Assembly (NCBI GenBank): GCA_051942245.1
Contig: JAVECL010000121.1
Location: forward strand, 1 to 48,876
Direction of reading: 5' to 3'
DNA: 48,876 nt
Source of the DNA: Trypethelium eluteriae
Lineage: Eukaryota
Position numbers and translations under genes: made by a program. The notes beneath the pieces were generated by a model. The model did no database searches. It had not been told where the DNA came from and saw only the letters and a list, made by a program, of their open reading frames with translations. Shown here piece after piece: positions 24,232-36,829 of the stretch (position 1 is the stretch's first letter; every line of letters starts with the position of its first letter).

Positions 24232-25491
24232 TTTGCTGACAACAGTTACCGTACGAATTTCAGGTCACACAACAGTCTCAGAACGACGAGTTTGGTAGCC
24301 GCCTGAAGGAGAAGTGAGAAAGTGGGAGGTTGTTGCCTTTCCCCAGCCAGACATATCCTGCCAGCTCCGCATGTAAGACTAAAATCCTTACAGAATGCAT
24401 CAGCTCTCGGCCCATCCAATGCAAATGCTGTAGAAAATTGTCCAATGAGAGCATGCCAGCCGAATAAGGCTGATGGTTCGCAATCCGTATCTGGGCTAGA
24501 TGCTGACGTCCTTAACTAGTCTGTACACGCTTCTGCACGTACAGGGTACTCGTTCAGCCGTGCGTGTATGCGATGGAGGGGTCGTGGGAGAGAAGGACGA
24601 AAGTCGTGCAGTGGGAGGATTCACGCCGCATTACCGGTCTATCGAGGTTAACGAATTTTCTTGCGCAATTCGACTATCACCAAACTGGAGTAGAGCGCCA
24701 GAAGTCCTCAATCGCATACATCATCGGCCGGCTCGCGCATGGGATCTGCCTTGCCGGACCCCAGAAGAAGGTTTCGCGTTCATCTCCCAACCAACACCTG
24801 CACTTTCGCTGCAGTGTCTATTTCGAGGTTAAGTAACCACGTGCTCTACATCAATAATTTGAGTATCATGATGAAGCCATTCGGCGCGCTAGGGTGGCGT
24901 GGGTGGAAATGGTGATAACGATTACTCTATCTGCGACTTTCGGCGCCGCTTTACCCGAGAGATCTACGAGCATGGATATGCGACATGGGATATGGCATGG
25001 ATGCATGTCAAACTCAACCCTTCCGGTCAGCATCCCATTTCCATCATGCTCACCAAGATACGCCTCAGCCACCAACAACGCAGGGCCGATTAGTGGACGA
25101 AACGAAACAGTCTTGACTATCGTTGATTCGTGCCTTTGACGGCAGGTTTGTGCTCTCGCATTTCTATGCTAAGTAGATCTTACGGAGTCCTGGCTATGCT
25201 ACTCCAGCCCAACAGGGCAATATCTCCATCATGGCCCTTCCCGCGTGGTTGAAGCCTCTGAGTAAGTACGAGTTCAACGGCCCACAGCCTCATGGGCATC
25301 TGGACTGTGAGTCGACGGCCGGCTAGGGAGTCGCTCAGGTACTGGTTGACAAGCCTGGCCCTACAAGACCCCTGAATCTCTAAATTTACACGTGAGTATA
25401 AACTTATCTGCCTAATGCTGTCTGAATAAATACTGCCACAGGCAAATTCGTGTCTTCCGATATTCTCCATGCTCAATATTTTTTATGTAAG

Positions 25492-27159
25492 ATGGCACTT
25501 CTAGCTCTCTTGCTAAACCCTGAAAGAATCTTTCTGGCTGTCTCTGTCTGTCTCGTATACATTTTATTTTATTCCATTAGCCACTTGAGTCAATGGCAAG
25601 AAAGTGCAAGATGGCTCTTCACAGGACCAAAACTCTTGGCAGAAAAATATGTAAGCTTGATTTGTTCACATTTCGTATGTCATGCCAAGCTAATAACGGA
25701 TCGTCAGGTCCCAGGAGTTTCTTTTACTATCCAGACACCGGAGAGGAAATACACTTTAGTATCTTCAGAGGCCTCCATATTGGAGCTGAGCCAAGCTAAA
25801 GAAGATCAACTGTCCTTGGTGGCGACCGCAGAAGAAGTTTGTTTCATACATCACAGATCAGCGGTGGCATACTGACATCGACAGGTCTTTCAGCCAGCTC
25901 ATACTATGAACGGGATCGAGTTGAATCGACTTGGACTACAACATCGAATCCTCCGATCATTGACACTACGACTACCCTCTTACCAAGATCCCCTTACCGC
26001 TCTTGCACGCCAGGCATTAACGAACGAGCTCAAGGGCAAACAGCTTGATCAGGGCTGGGTGACTTTGAGCATATTCAGCTACGCCCAGAAAGCAGTTGCC
26101 AAGACTAATACTTACACGTTCTACGGTGAGCAATTCACACGGGATGCTGCGTTTCTTGATGCCGCTGTGCAATATCCTCAGGACGTCTTTGTTGCCGCAG
26201 AAGCGCTTCGTTGCGTGCCAAAGTTCTTTGCTCCAGTCATGTCATCCATTGTTACAAGGAATCACAGAGCATCTAGACACTTGATCTCCAAACTTTTACC
26301 CGTGATAAAGGAGAGACTTGATGCCGAGGAGCATGGCAACACCAAAGGCGAAACGCCACGCGACTACATTCAGCACATTGTCAAGCTCTATCCGGATAAG
26401 TCACCAGACAGAGCTCTGCGAATGGTCCAACAGACACTGGCTCTTTGGTTCGCAGGAGTCCATCAACCGGCTATGACCATCTTTTACGCTCTTGTGGATC
26501 TTTGCACATACCCGGAATACATCGAGAGGCTCAGAAAAGAAATTGATGATTCTGTGAATTCAATTGGATCGATCGATATCAACAGCTTGCTTCTCCTGGA
26601 CAGCTTCTTGAAAGAATCTGCTCGAATGAATGCTTCGGAGTCCAGTAAGCCCATTCTCTATTACAGCCCAATCTCCTAATCTATTCTTGAAAAGCCTATT
26701 CACGAAGCAATAGTATCACTTCGAAGGAAAGCTATGGTACCATATCATTTTAAAGATGGTACCAGCGTTCCACTTGGAGACTGGGCGTGCGTCCCGCAAC
26801 GAGCCATTATGCGAGACCCTTCCATTTACGCCAACGCCCATGTTTTTGATGGCACAAGATTCATTAGAAACGCGACCCGACTGTCGAAGATTGATGGCGT
26901 TGCGCAGTCCAAATTCACAGACACAAGTCCCTTCTACCCGCTTTGGGGCTTAGGGAAGCAAGCTTGCCCAGGGAGGTTCTACGCCGCCTACATCATCAAA
27001 ATCATTCTCGTGGAGATTATTCAGAACTATGATATCAAACTCGACGCTTCTCCGACGAGGAGGTGTTTCACATGGAGATCCAGTGTCCTACCTATTCCGA
27101 GTTCCACCTTCATGATTCGAAGGAGAAGCTTCAGCGATCACAATACCGAGCCTGCTTAG
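25492..27159 (+). CDS. Cytochrome P450 #1 (ent-kaurene-oxidase/CYP503-CYP512-like clan)
   Basis: N-terminal TM anchor, LDSFLKESAR (ExxR), FDGTRF, heme motif WGLGKQACPGRF, I-helix FAGVHQP; introns at about 25651-25707, 25838-25884 and 26645-26713. Confidence 0.93.
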
Positions 27160-29186
27160 CATTGATCGGAGTCTCAGAGTCTTGTTGATGGAGTCACGGA
27201 GTCTTGGAAGTTTGACTGGATGAAACCTGTTCAGGCAGGAGAGTTGTACGAGATTCCCTTGATTTTAGCCTTATACCTGTAAATCCTACGCGCAGCAGCA
27301 TAGAGATAGACTGGAGCGTTGATTGTGGTGGTGTATTTGGAGTAAGAGGCCCCAACCTCTATTTTGAAATATTCATGGCTGTACGACTGATGAGATTCCT
27401 TGTCGCTACCGTCACTTCTCACGATGGAATTACATAGGCTAGATTGACACGAAAAGCTTGCTCTCCTGAACCACAATTTCGAGAGTGACCATAATCGAAG
27501 TCCGTGACCCGTAAGCCAAGTGCGTCATCGCTGGGCACGCTATCAATTGGGGGCCATCGATCCCGAGGTTCAGGGCAATCCTGCAAGGGACTACTTTACA
27601 CACAAAACCTGAAACCTTTCTCGACTGCCGTACTGCTGCACGTTAGGACGTCGTCGAACTTCGGAACTGCCTGAGATATTGTTGGAACATAGTCAGCTGG
27701 GGCAAACCGTGGTCAAACTTGCTCGATAGCTGATTAATCGATTGATGAATTGAGTATCATCTCCGAAGAAGGCCAGGTGATACAAGAATGGGGGCCCACA
27801 TGGCCAAGGGACCACAGCATGGCAGGGATACTTTCATGGATTATACAGTGAGACTAGACTGAGGCTGAGAGACACAAGGTGGGTATTTTAGCATTCGCTG
27901 TTCAAGCACCCACGGCTCAGAATCCTGGTATGTCTCGATTGAACGACCTTCCATGATTGGGTCAGAGGCATGAAGGGTTAGGAGCAACTAAATAATTGCG
28001 TCATCATTCAGGCACCAATTACGGAAAAGGCGGTGCTGGGAAATTGTGGAAGCCTCGAAACGGTCATCGGGGCGAGCAGAGGCACACACTTGCGGCGAAC
28101 GACTCCTCACTAATGGTACTGTTTTCGTGAACGTTCGCAAGCGATATTAGACAGGCTTTCACGCATAGCAGATCATTGCAGGCACTGCACATGGCTTGCC
28201 AAGCGAGTGAGTGCATCTACCTGCCTTGTAAGGAGGCATGAAGAACGTGCGATGCATCTCATCGAGTAACTGGACTTGCCAATCCTCGATCTCGAGTACG
28301 AAAACGATCAGAGGCGTCACATGTGCCGAAATAGCGTGTTTCGAGAATATACCCGGTGGGTCTGGTTTTCCAATCTACAATGGCGGTTAACCGCTGAAAT
28401 GTCCCTCTTTATGCCGAATAAGACTAAAACCTCACGCGAACCCTGGACGGTCCTTAGTGTGAACTAAGACGCCTGGACCGCAACCCAAAGTAGTCTCTTC
28501 ACGGTGCTATCGCGGATGAATTGTTGCTTTTGCTGGATAAGCGTCCGTGTCAGCATATTCGACGCTGCCACCGCATCGCCACGGTGTATTTCCGTTGGAA
28601 TCAACGAGCTTTCCACACCGGGCGACTACTGCATCACTGTTCTAGCGGAGTGTGAGTTCCACGCTTGCAGTGGCGCCCTGCGCAAAAAAGTGTTTGCAGA
28701 TGTTGGTGGATCCACATCATCACTTTCTTCCCGCACCCCATCCGAGCTTCATGTCTGCCTAGTATTGTCAGATTTATTATGTGCCACCGGCATTGTGGTT
28801 ACCCCGGCAGGACCCGGACGGTACCTACCGTGGGTACCGCTCCCGGCCTCAAGTTGCTGTGTTGGCATGGCTGATCGGGAAGATGTACAGAGAAGGGATG
28901 CTTAGCACGGGCGTAATGTTATGCTAACGAGTCATAACCACTATTTTGGATACCGGCCAGCTAAGGCCCAAGCCACTATCAGCTGCCATCAGCTACCATG
29001 TTTGAAGAAAGCTGAGACTCTATTCGATTGGACGTCATTCTAGACGTTCGACTGTCAAAGCCTCCTTCGGCATTGGGGCTGCTCACTATCAGTAGAGCGT
29101 CTACCTGATCATTCAGACGCATTCTTCACAACCGCGAAAGATTCTTTCACCCTCAAGACAAGAACTGAGAAATTTCCAAATCAATC

Positions 29187-31059
29187 ATGCTGTTCGATTG
29201 GCTTCATGGTACCTTTATCCATCCGCTCATCGGAGCCCATCCTGCAATTCAAGGCCTCCTCTTCACTGTTGCCGGTTTTGGCTTTATGTACAGCGTCTGG
29301 AGGCTCTGGGCGTTTACCGTGAAGCCAGCTTTGCATCCTGATGAACCAAAAGAATTACCGTACTGGATACCCGGTAAGATTTGAGTCATTGAGACATCTG
29401 CTCACTTATGATGACTAATTCCTATTCAGTTCTAGGTGCGATTATGTGTTGCGGCTTTTCGCTTTTCAACCATTTGAAAAGACGAAAGGTGTAGGATAGT
29501 GGATCTTATACTAATTAAGCTTCTAGGGCATGCAATTGAATATGTGAAGAATGGACAAGGAGTCATCACTAAAGGACGGTAGGATTTACCGCGATCCTCC
29601 CGAACCATTTGGCTGGCACCGACGCTAATTGTCATAGGGAGTATTTCGGGGACACTCGTGAACCATTTGCTTTGACTCTTGGCGGAGAGAAGTTGTACTT
29701 TTTGACCTCTCCACCAGATGTCTCCGAGCTTTATAAGAGTACCCAGGCCCTTGTCTTTGACAAGATTGTCTATGAACTGTCAATCATGTTTGGCGTTACC
29801 CATGGAGCCATGGATAATGTCTACCGTCGTCCAACTTCTGAAGCAGACGATGTCGTAAGTCGAACGATGAATATCAAGAATCCCAGTATGAAGAGTTTAG
29901 CGCAGCTCAATAACGACTTTTGGAAGCAACAGCTGGTGCCAGGCGAGGTGTACTACAATCTTCAAGGGAAGTTCCTTAAATATATCTCGGACTGGTTGCA
30001 ACCTGGCAATATCAAAGGCCCTTATGTGATGTCCTCTGGCGAGAAAGGAGAAAAGACTGTTGCCCTTCTTGGCTGGGTCCAGGAAGTCCTCCTAGATGCT
30101 GCGCTACGTGCTTTCTTTGGGGATAAGATTCTCGAGATCGAGCCTAACCTTCCAAAGTACTTTCTCGAGTTTGACGACGATAATTGGAAGTTGTGGTACA
30201 AATGGCCGAAGGCTGACGATATGCACGCCGCGAAAGATCGTGTGTCAAAGACCATTCAGCGCTATCTTGCTCTTCCCAAATCGGAACGGCCAGGTGCATC
30301 ATTCATTGTGGAGACGTTCGAGAAGACGCAACGCGCACTTGGAACATCCGAGGAAGATCTGGCAAAGATATTCTGCATGGTAGTCTTCGTGTAAGCACTT
30401 GTCATGCGTCTGGTCGACTGCATGTCTATGGCTGAACTAACTCTCCATTTTCCAGAACCAACACAAACACCTACAAAGTTCTTTTTTGGACGATGGCATA
30501 CATGCTCCACAACCCAGATCTCCTCGACATCATCCGTAAAGAGACTGCGCCGGCACTACGGCCAGAAGATCCCGATGCTCCGCTCTCTCTACCCTATTTA
30601 ATGGACTCCTGCCCCTATCTCGCTGGCGTCTTCCACGAGGCCCTACGATTATGTAGTGCGTCCTCTTCCATTCGTCTTGTTACCTCACCTATCACAATCG
30701 GCGGTAAGATTTTACCGCAAGGCTCAAGAGTAATCGTTCCCTTCCGGCAAATGCACTTCGATGGCAGGTATTTTGGCCAGGATGTCGATTCCTTCAATCC
30801 GGAGAGATTTGTGAAGAACAAGAACCTTACGCACAGCCCAAGTTACCGACCATTTGGTGGCGGCATCTCCTACTGCCCTGGGCGGTTTATTGCAAGGCAA
30901 GAAGTGGGCGTTTTCATTACGCTGTTGTTGCACCGCTTTGATGTAGGGCTTGGAGGGAATCGTAAATTTCCGGAACTCAACAACGAGAAGCCTACCACGG
31001 GGCTAATGGACCCAAAGCCAGGCGAGGATGTGCATGTGGTTTTGCGCCCGAAGGCGTAA
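29187..31059 (+). CDS. Cytochrome P450 #2 (CYP7/CYP8-like, sterol 7-alpha-hydroxylase-type fungal family)
   Basis: WRLWAFT..P.L.P.EPKELPYWIP|GH N-terminus, I-helix V|TNTNT, HEALR, FNPERF, heme motif FGGGISYCPGRF; three introns. Confidence 0.93.
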
Positions 31060-31356
31060 GGATGCTATGATGGATTTCTACGACAGCTGAACTTGATCTT
31101 GTAAGGATAGGAGGTAGCAATTAACGTGTAATATATTTGGCTGGTTTCTTTACGATCAAGAACAAAACTCGCGATCTCGCTTGTATACGGAGTACAGATA
31201 CAGATGATGCATGTAGCCCGGCCTCGGTTGCCCAAAAGCACATGAAATGCATTACATAATCTCACACAATTAACACCTTACTCCGCCTCACAACCAGACT
31301 TGGAGGATCACAGATGAAACCAGTAAACGCTTGAACCACCAAAACGTCTCTTCAAT

Positions 31357-32953
31357 TTATCTTCTGGAGCGAAATAGAACTTCTCCCTCCATATTCGGAA
31401 GGATCATGATGTTATTGTACATACTTTGCGGTCTTTCACATCCAGGCTTGAGCGCGATGTCGTAATTTTGGATGAGGTGAGCCATCAGAATTTTGATCTC
31501 GTTTGCGACGAAAAATCGTCCCGGACAAGCGTGTGAACCGTGGCCGAAGTCTTCAGCAAAAAGAGTGAGTAAAGTTTACCAAGGCAAGCTGATGTATGGG
31601 GTTTACTTACGCATATTGATTGGAGAGCTGGTCACAAATTGGTATTTTGCCTCGTTTCCTGGAATGGCGCGCAATTTCTCAAACCGGAACCCGTCAAAAA
31701 CCTCCGGGTTTTCCCATAGATTGGAGTCGCGAGTTGCAGACCACGAGTCGCAAGCGACTAATGTTCCTTTTGGTAGCTTTGTGCCATCGGAAAGCACTAC
31801 GTCTTGCTGTACCCTTCGACTCATCGAGACGATCCCAGGCGGGCTCATTCGCTGTGATTCGCGAATGAAAGAATCCATCTTCCGGAGCTTGATAATGCTG
31901 TTCTTGTCCCAGACGCCGCCGTTCATGCTTATAACTTCTTCTAATTCTGCGCGGAGAGGCTCGATGTGCTCGGGATTTGCGGCGAGATCGTATATGACGT
32001 GGGTGATGTTCATGCTGGTCGTGTGAATAGCGGCAACATTTATGGCAGACTGAAGAGCAGCTTGGTATGTAGCATCCTTGCCGTCAAGATTGTCAAGAAA
32101 AAATTGCAGCATGTCAGCCGGGGGCTTGAAGTCTGGCTGGGACATTTGTCTCAAACGCTCTGCAAGCACCGGCTCCAGAAGCTCAGCTACCCGTTTATTC
32201 TGCTTGTGGATATTCTGAATCTCAGGTAACAAGCGTGCCATGATTGGACGGATAGACCAGTGATAATTCCAAAGCTTGAAAGACCCGGAAAAGGTGTCGA
32301 CCGTTGTTTGGATGGATGCGCCGATCCATTCTTCGTTCCTACTGAGCTGCGGTCCGATAAAGACCCTGCCTGTGAGAAGAGCTACCATGCGCAATGCTGC
32401 AGAGTACACCGCAATAGGCTTCCATTCCGGACAGTCCCCTATGCTTGTACCTGTAGCATACTCCGTTTCCGCCTGTAGTGTTGGAAAGGTGAGCGCCAAG
32501 TTTCGGTTCAAATCCTGCCTGATAGAATTGACGAATCCATGAGCTCTACCGACCGTCCCTATCAGAGTATACCTCCCGAGGTTGCGAGTATACAATTCTG
32601 CACCAATACTGAACTTCGCCTCGGGTGCTGCTTTGACCTCGTCGATGTATTTCGGAGGCAGCACTAAGGTATCGTAATTCGCCGTGTTAAGCCTGAAGAT
32701 GCTATCGGGATGCTGACTTATTGTGAGAAACATCAAATCTGAGATGGTGCGCACTTACCTCTGCAGAAGCTTTCTCTATTGTTGAAAGAAATTCAACCCC
32801 ATACGGTGTCACATTTCCATCGTACGATGGGACGTCTAAAGGTTTTGACTTTGAAGCAAATAGAAAATAATACAACACGCTTAGAGAGAGAAACACGCCC
32901 AATGAAACGATTCTGGGCGATTGCTCGACGACTTGTAAAACATCCTCAATCAT
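31357..32953 (-). CDS. Cytochrome P450 #3 (CYP512/CYP68-like terpenoid/steroid oxidase type)
   Basis: I-helix [22 protein letters not shown], heme motif [13 protein letters not shown]; two introns; ATG at 32953, TAA at 31357. Confidence 0.94.
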
Positions 32954-33215
32954 GATGACGGCTAAGCTGCCGTGAGCAAACTGTCAGGGTAGACTCTGGT
33001 ATGTAGATTCCGTGCTCGTTTCGCGCAGTCCAAAGATTACAGAAAAGGATTTCCTACCGATTCAAGCAATGCAGAAGCTTGCGCGTCCAAGATTGATGTC
33101 GCACTCTTCGATTTGAGCGGCTTTCTCTACCCGGTCACACTGCGACAAAGACGGCGCTTCATCTCAACGCTGCTCCACCGCCCCACGCAAAGTACAAAAA
33201 AAGCCATTCTGAGGA

Positions 33216-33240
33216 GCCTAAAATGCTGAGCATCTTAGGC
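33216..33240. promoter_or_regulatory. 25-bp near-perfect palindrome in the divergent promoter of P450 #3 and #4
   Basis: gcctaaaatgct-g-agcatcttaggc: 12-bp arms with one mismatch. Confidence 0.45.
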
Positions 33241-33977
33241 ATGGCAGTCATGCTCCCAATCGAGAGGTCAGCTCCGAGACGGGCTGAGATCGTCGGCAAT
33301 CTGCACAAGTATCACCAACAATACGCAATACGGTTCAGACGGTGCAGAGAGGGCAATCAGCCACCCAGCGGCAAGCATTCTAGATGCTGCAACGGGCCGC
33401 CATGCTGTGCCGGACAATGAAGTCTTGGCATTAGTGGGGGAGAGCTGAGCTGAGAGTTGTTGGTGATTAAACCGGGGTCGAAGATGAAAACGCTGACCTA
33501 AGACACGGGCTGTGCGTTCCGGTGCCTTCCCTGTTCCATAACGTTTTCCATCTTTGTTCCAGACTTAACGGTGCTGCAAGCCTTATCCTTCCGCGCCGTC
33601 AGTGGCGCCGAGCTGCAGGACTCGGGACTAGTAGCTTCGATTTCCATGATGATAGGTGCCTACTCGTTATCCAACTTAGCCAGCCCCTTGCAGGCTGGGT
33701 GCTGGTTCGTGACAGGGTCTGTCTCTTTTGGCAGCCCTAAGAATGCTATTCGACGAGGATCTCTGATTTGGTGGGTGCCAAGGGCTGAATTGGACCACAT
33801 GCGCGAAATGATCTCAGGCCTTTGCTGTCGCTGCTGTGGATGTGGCTTTGCGCCCTCTAGGCACTGCCCGGCAAATTCAGATGTCTTGGTGTTTTCCTCT
33901 CGGATCAAAACTTTGGCAAGCAATAGCAGAAGCAGAGCTTTATTCTTGTGAAACGTCCTGCAAAGAAGGGGATCGCC

Positions 33978-35849
33978 ATGGCTATCATCAGCACAGAGTT
34001 GATCACTTTGCGCAACGCTGGGTTATTCCTTGGCATATTGCTAGTATATGCTATTTTTCGTCGCGTGTTTATTCGTTTCTTCCATCTGTCGAACTTTGCA
34101 GGTCCCAAACTCGCTGGCTACACAAGATACTGGCTCATCAAGACCTACGCCTCCAAGGACTCGGCCAATATATTTCTGGATGCGAACAAACATTTCGGTA
34201 AGCATGTAGCCTGAATGGAAAAAAAAAGTGATTCTCGGATCTCAGATCACCCTTTGCAAAGGCTTCGTTCAAAGTATCAGACCGTTTCTAACTACAATAT
34301 TCAATAGGTAAACTTGTGCGCATCGGACCCAATACCCTTCTGACGGATGATCCTGAGATCAACTGGCGTGTGCTCGGTCCTCACTCTAATTACCGTCGCG
34401 GAAAATGGTTCGACTCGTTAAGATTTGACCCGCATTACACCAGTATCGCGTCTGAAACGGATCCAGTAAAGCATGATGCCTTGAGGTGGAAAGTTACTCA
34501 AGGAGTAAGATCAAGTCCATTACATTGCGAATGATACGAATTTGGTCGTCACTAATACGACCCCCTCTAGTATGCTACGAAGGATTTTCCAGACCTAGAA
34601 AATGTTGTTGATAGTCGAGTATCGGAATGGATAGAACAGATGCAGCTCAAGGCTGTGGATAAAACATCCTCTGCGAGAAGTTACGATCTCGCAAGAAACG
34701 TGCGAATGATGACACTCGAGATAGCAGCATGGGTCTGCTTCTCCGAGGGTCTGGGATTCGGTTACGAGGAAGAAGAGCGGGATGAATTCCAGAAGAGTAT
34801 TGAAGAGAATGCGCCTTACGCCCAATATCTATCAACGATACATGGCCTTTTCTCTCTCATATACACAATCTGCTCGATCCCCGGAATGAAGAATCGTATG
34901 GTTCTAACAGAGCACAACAATCCGGGAATCGGCAAGATCATGAAGGTACGTCGGTGCTATTGCTATGAGTGATCTAAACTAAACAATTTTGTCTAGGTTT
35001 CAAGAATCGTCACTGAGAAGCGGTACGCGCCAGATGCGAAGCCAGTCAACGACATGCTAGGCTCCTGGATGAAGCGTGGCCTCACGCAGCATGAGGCAGA
35101 AACCGAGACTTCAATAGCACTGTAAGTAGCTGCCTTTTCTTTTTTTCGGGTTCGGCCTCAGTTACATCGTGCTAATCGGAACATGCAGTGTCACTGGTGC
35201 ATTTCCCTCCTCTGCAGCTATCAACGTCGTCGTTCTGCATGTCGCCACCAACCCCCTTATCCTCTCGAGACTTCGGAATGAACTTGACGCCGCGGTCGCC
35301 AAAGGCGAGATTTCGACCCCCATCACAAACGCTCAGGCCATGAAGCTACCCTACTTCCAGGCCTGTGTGTCGGAAGCTCTTCGTCGTTTCCCGCCCATTA
35401 CGCAATTGCGGGAACGTGTTGCACCGCCAGGTGGCGATACGCTGGACGGACGCTATGTGCCTGCAGGTACGCAGATCGGTCTAAACGCGTGGGGTTTGCA
35501 GCGGCACCCGTGCTTTGGTGATGAACCAGAAGTGTACCGACCAGAGAGATGGCTCGAGGCCGATGAGAAGCGTTTAATGGAGATGAACAAGGTGCAGGCA
35601 TTAGTCTTTGGTTATGGAGGGACGAAATGCTTGGGCGTCACGCAAGCAATGATGATCATCAACAAGGTATTGATTGAAGTAAGTTGGTCCATGCGAACGA
35701 GACCTTGGAGAGTTCACTAACTCGCGCAGTTGTTCCGAACTTTTGACATTGAGGTGGTCAATCCCATGAAGCCTTGGGTTGACCAATGTAACGGAGTGTC
35801 CTTCCACCAGGACTTCTTTGTTCGGTTGGAGAAGCGTGTGAGGGGTTGA
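33978..35849 (+). CDS. Cytochrome P450 #4 (CYP57/pisatin-demethylase-like clan) with atypical I-helix
   Basis: GKLVRIGPN, EALR, YRPERWL, heme motif FGYGGTKCLG; five GT-AG introns splice to an open frame; I-helix SIAL|VTGAFPSS. Confidence 0.93.
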
Positions 35850-36829
35850 AAAAAGCAAATTTGTTCATAGCATCTATTCCGTAATTGTCTATGCATCCGT
35901 TCTTACCTTAGCAGAGAATATCCCCGCTCGTGTCCGCTGCACAGGCTCTCGTGCCCCTCTACACTGTTGATGATTCGCGTTTGCGTCCCAACGATAGTGA
36001 CTCTAAGGTATCCGGAGACTTAGCTGAGTAGGTACCAGCATGCATGGCCACGTTCCAAGCAAAGCTGTACCCACAGCCGTTCTAGGGTCCAAATTGGAAA
36101 GGCTCAGTGGATCGATGATTTGTGTGACATCAGGCGTATCTCAGCCGCATCCTCATCGCCTGCATTAGATTCGCGGACGTGGCTACGCTAAGCGAGTCAT
36201 GCAACAAGCCATCGGGTCGATGGTTTTCAAATAGTGTAAAGCTTGTTATAGCAGAACCTGCGTACAGCGATTTCCTATACGGCCCGCGCCGGATGGGCAT
36301 CTCTCTGCGGCCTTCTAACTCCCTACGGCAACCATCGGTGCAGCCTTCCCACCCACGCCACCCTTCTGCCTACCTAAGCCTGTGTAGCCTTGGGGGCCGC
36401 GTGAAAACCGGCATCTGCTCTGATATCATTTTCGTGCTATGGTGCTATATTCATCTCGATGCTCCACCCATGTTCAATCGACACTGCCTCCCGCGTCGAC
36501 AAGGAACCTTGTATATCCGACATGGGGAATTACAACAAATGCAGGCTCCAAACCTTAGTTGGAAACAGGTCAGATTGTCACGCGCTTGAAATGCAGTCTT
36601 TGGCAAATGTCTCCGCCGCTGCAAGGGTTCGTACCTATCGCGGAGGTCTGCCGTTCAAAGGGCATCATGCTGCGCTATTATTGGCTTACTTTGGAGATTT
36701 CCCGGTTCTGCCTACGCGTCTGTGATTTCAATTATTTTCTCATGGTCTCGTTTCTCATGTCGTAACTCACTGCAGAAAACGACGAATTCGTCGTTCGAAA
36801 GCGAGGATTCTTGAAGTCTCATTACTGAC

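Noticed and set aside
28820..28840. Inverted repeat CGGTACC-N7-GGTACCG upstream of P450 #2
   Set aside because: Short arms built on a self-palindromic KpnI hexamer and not repeated in other cluster promoters.
27200..29150. Hidden core gene (terpene cyclase or RiPP precursor) in the 2-kb gap between P450 #1 and #2
   Set aside because: The frames I translated showed no DDxxD/NSE motifs, no signal peptide with KR repeats and no coherent exon chain.
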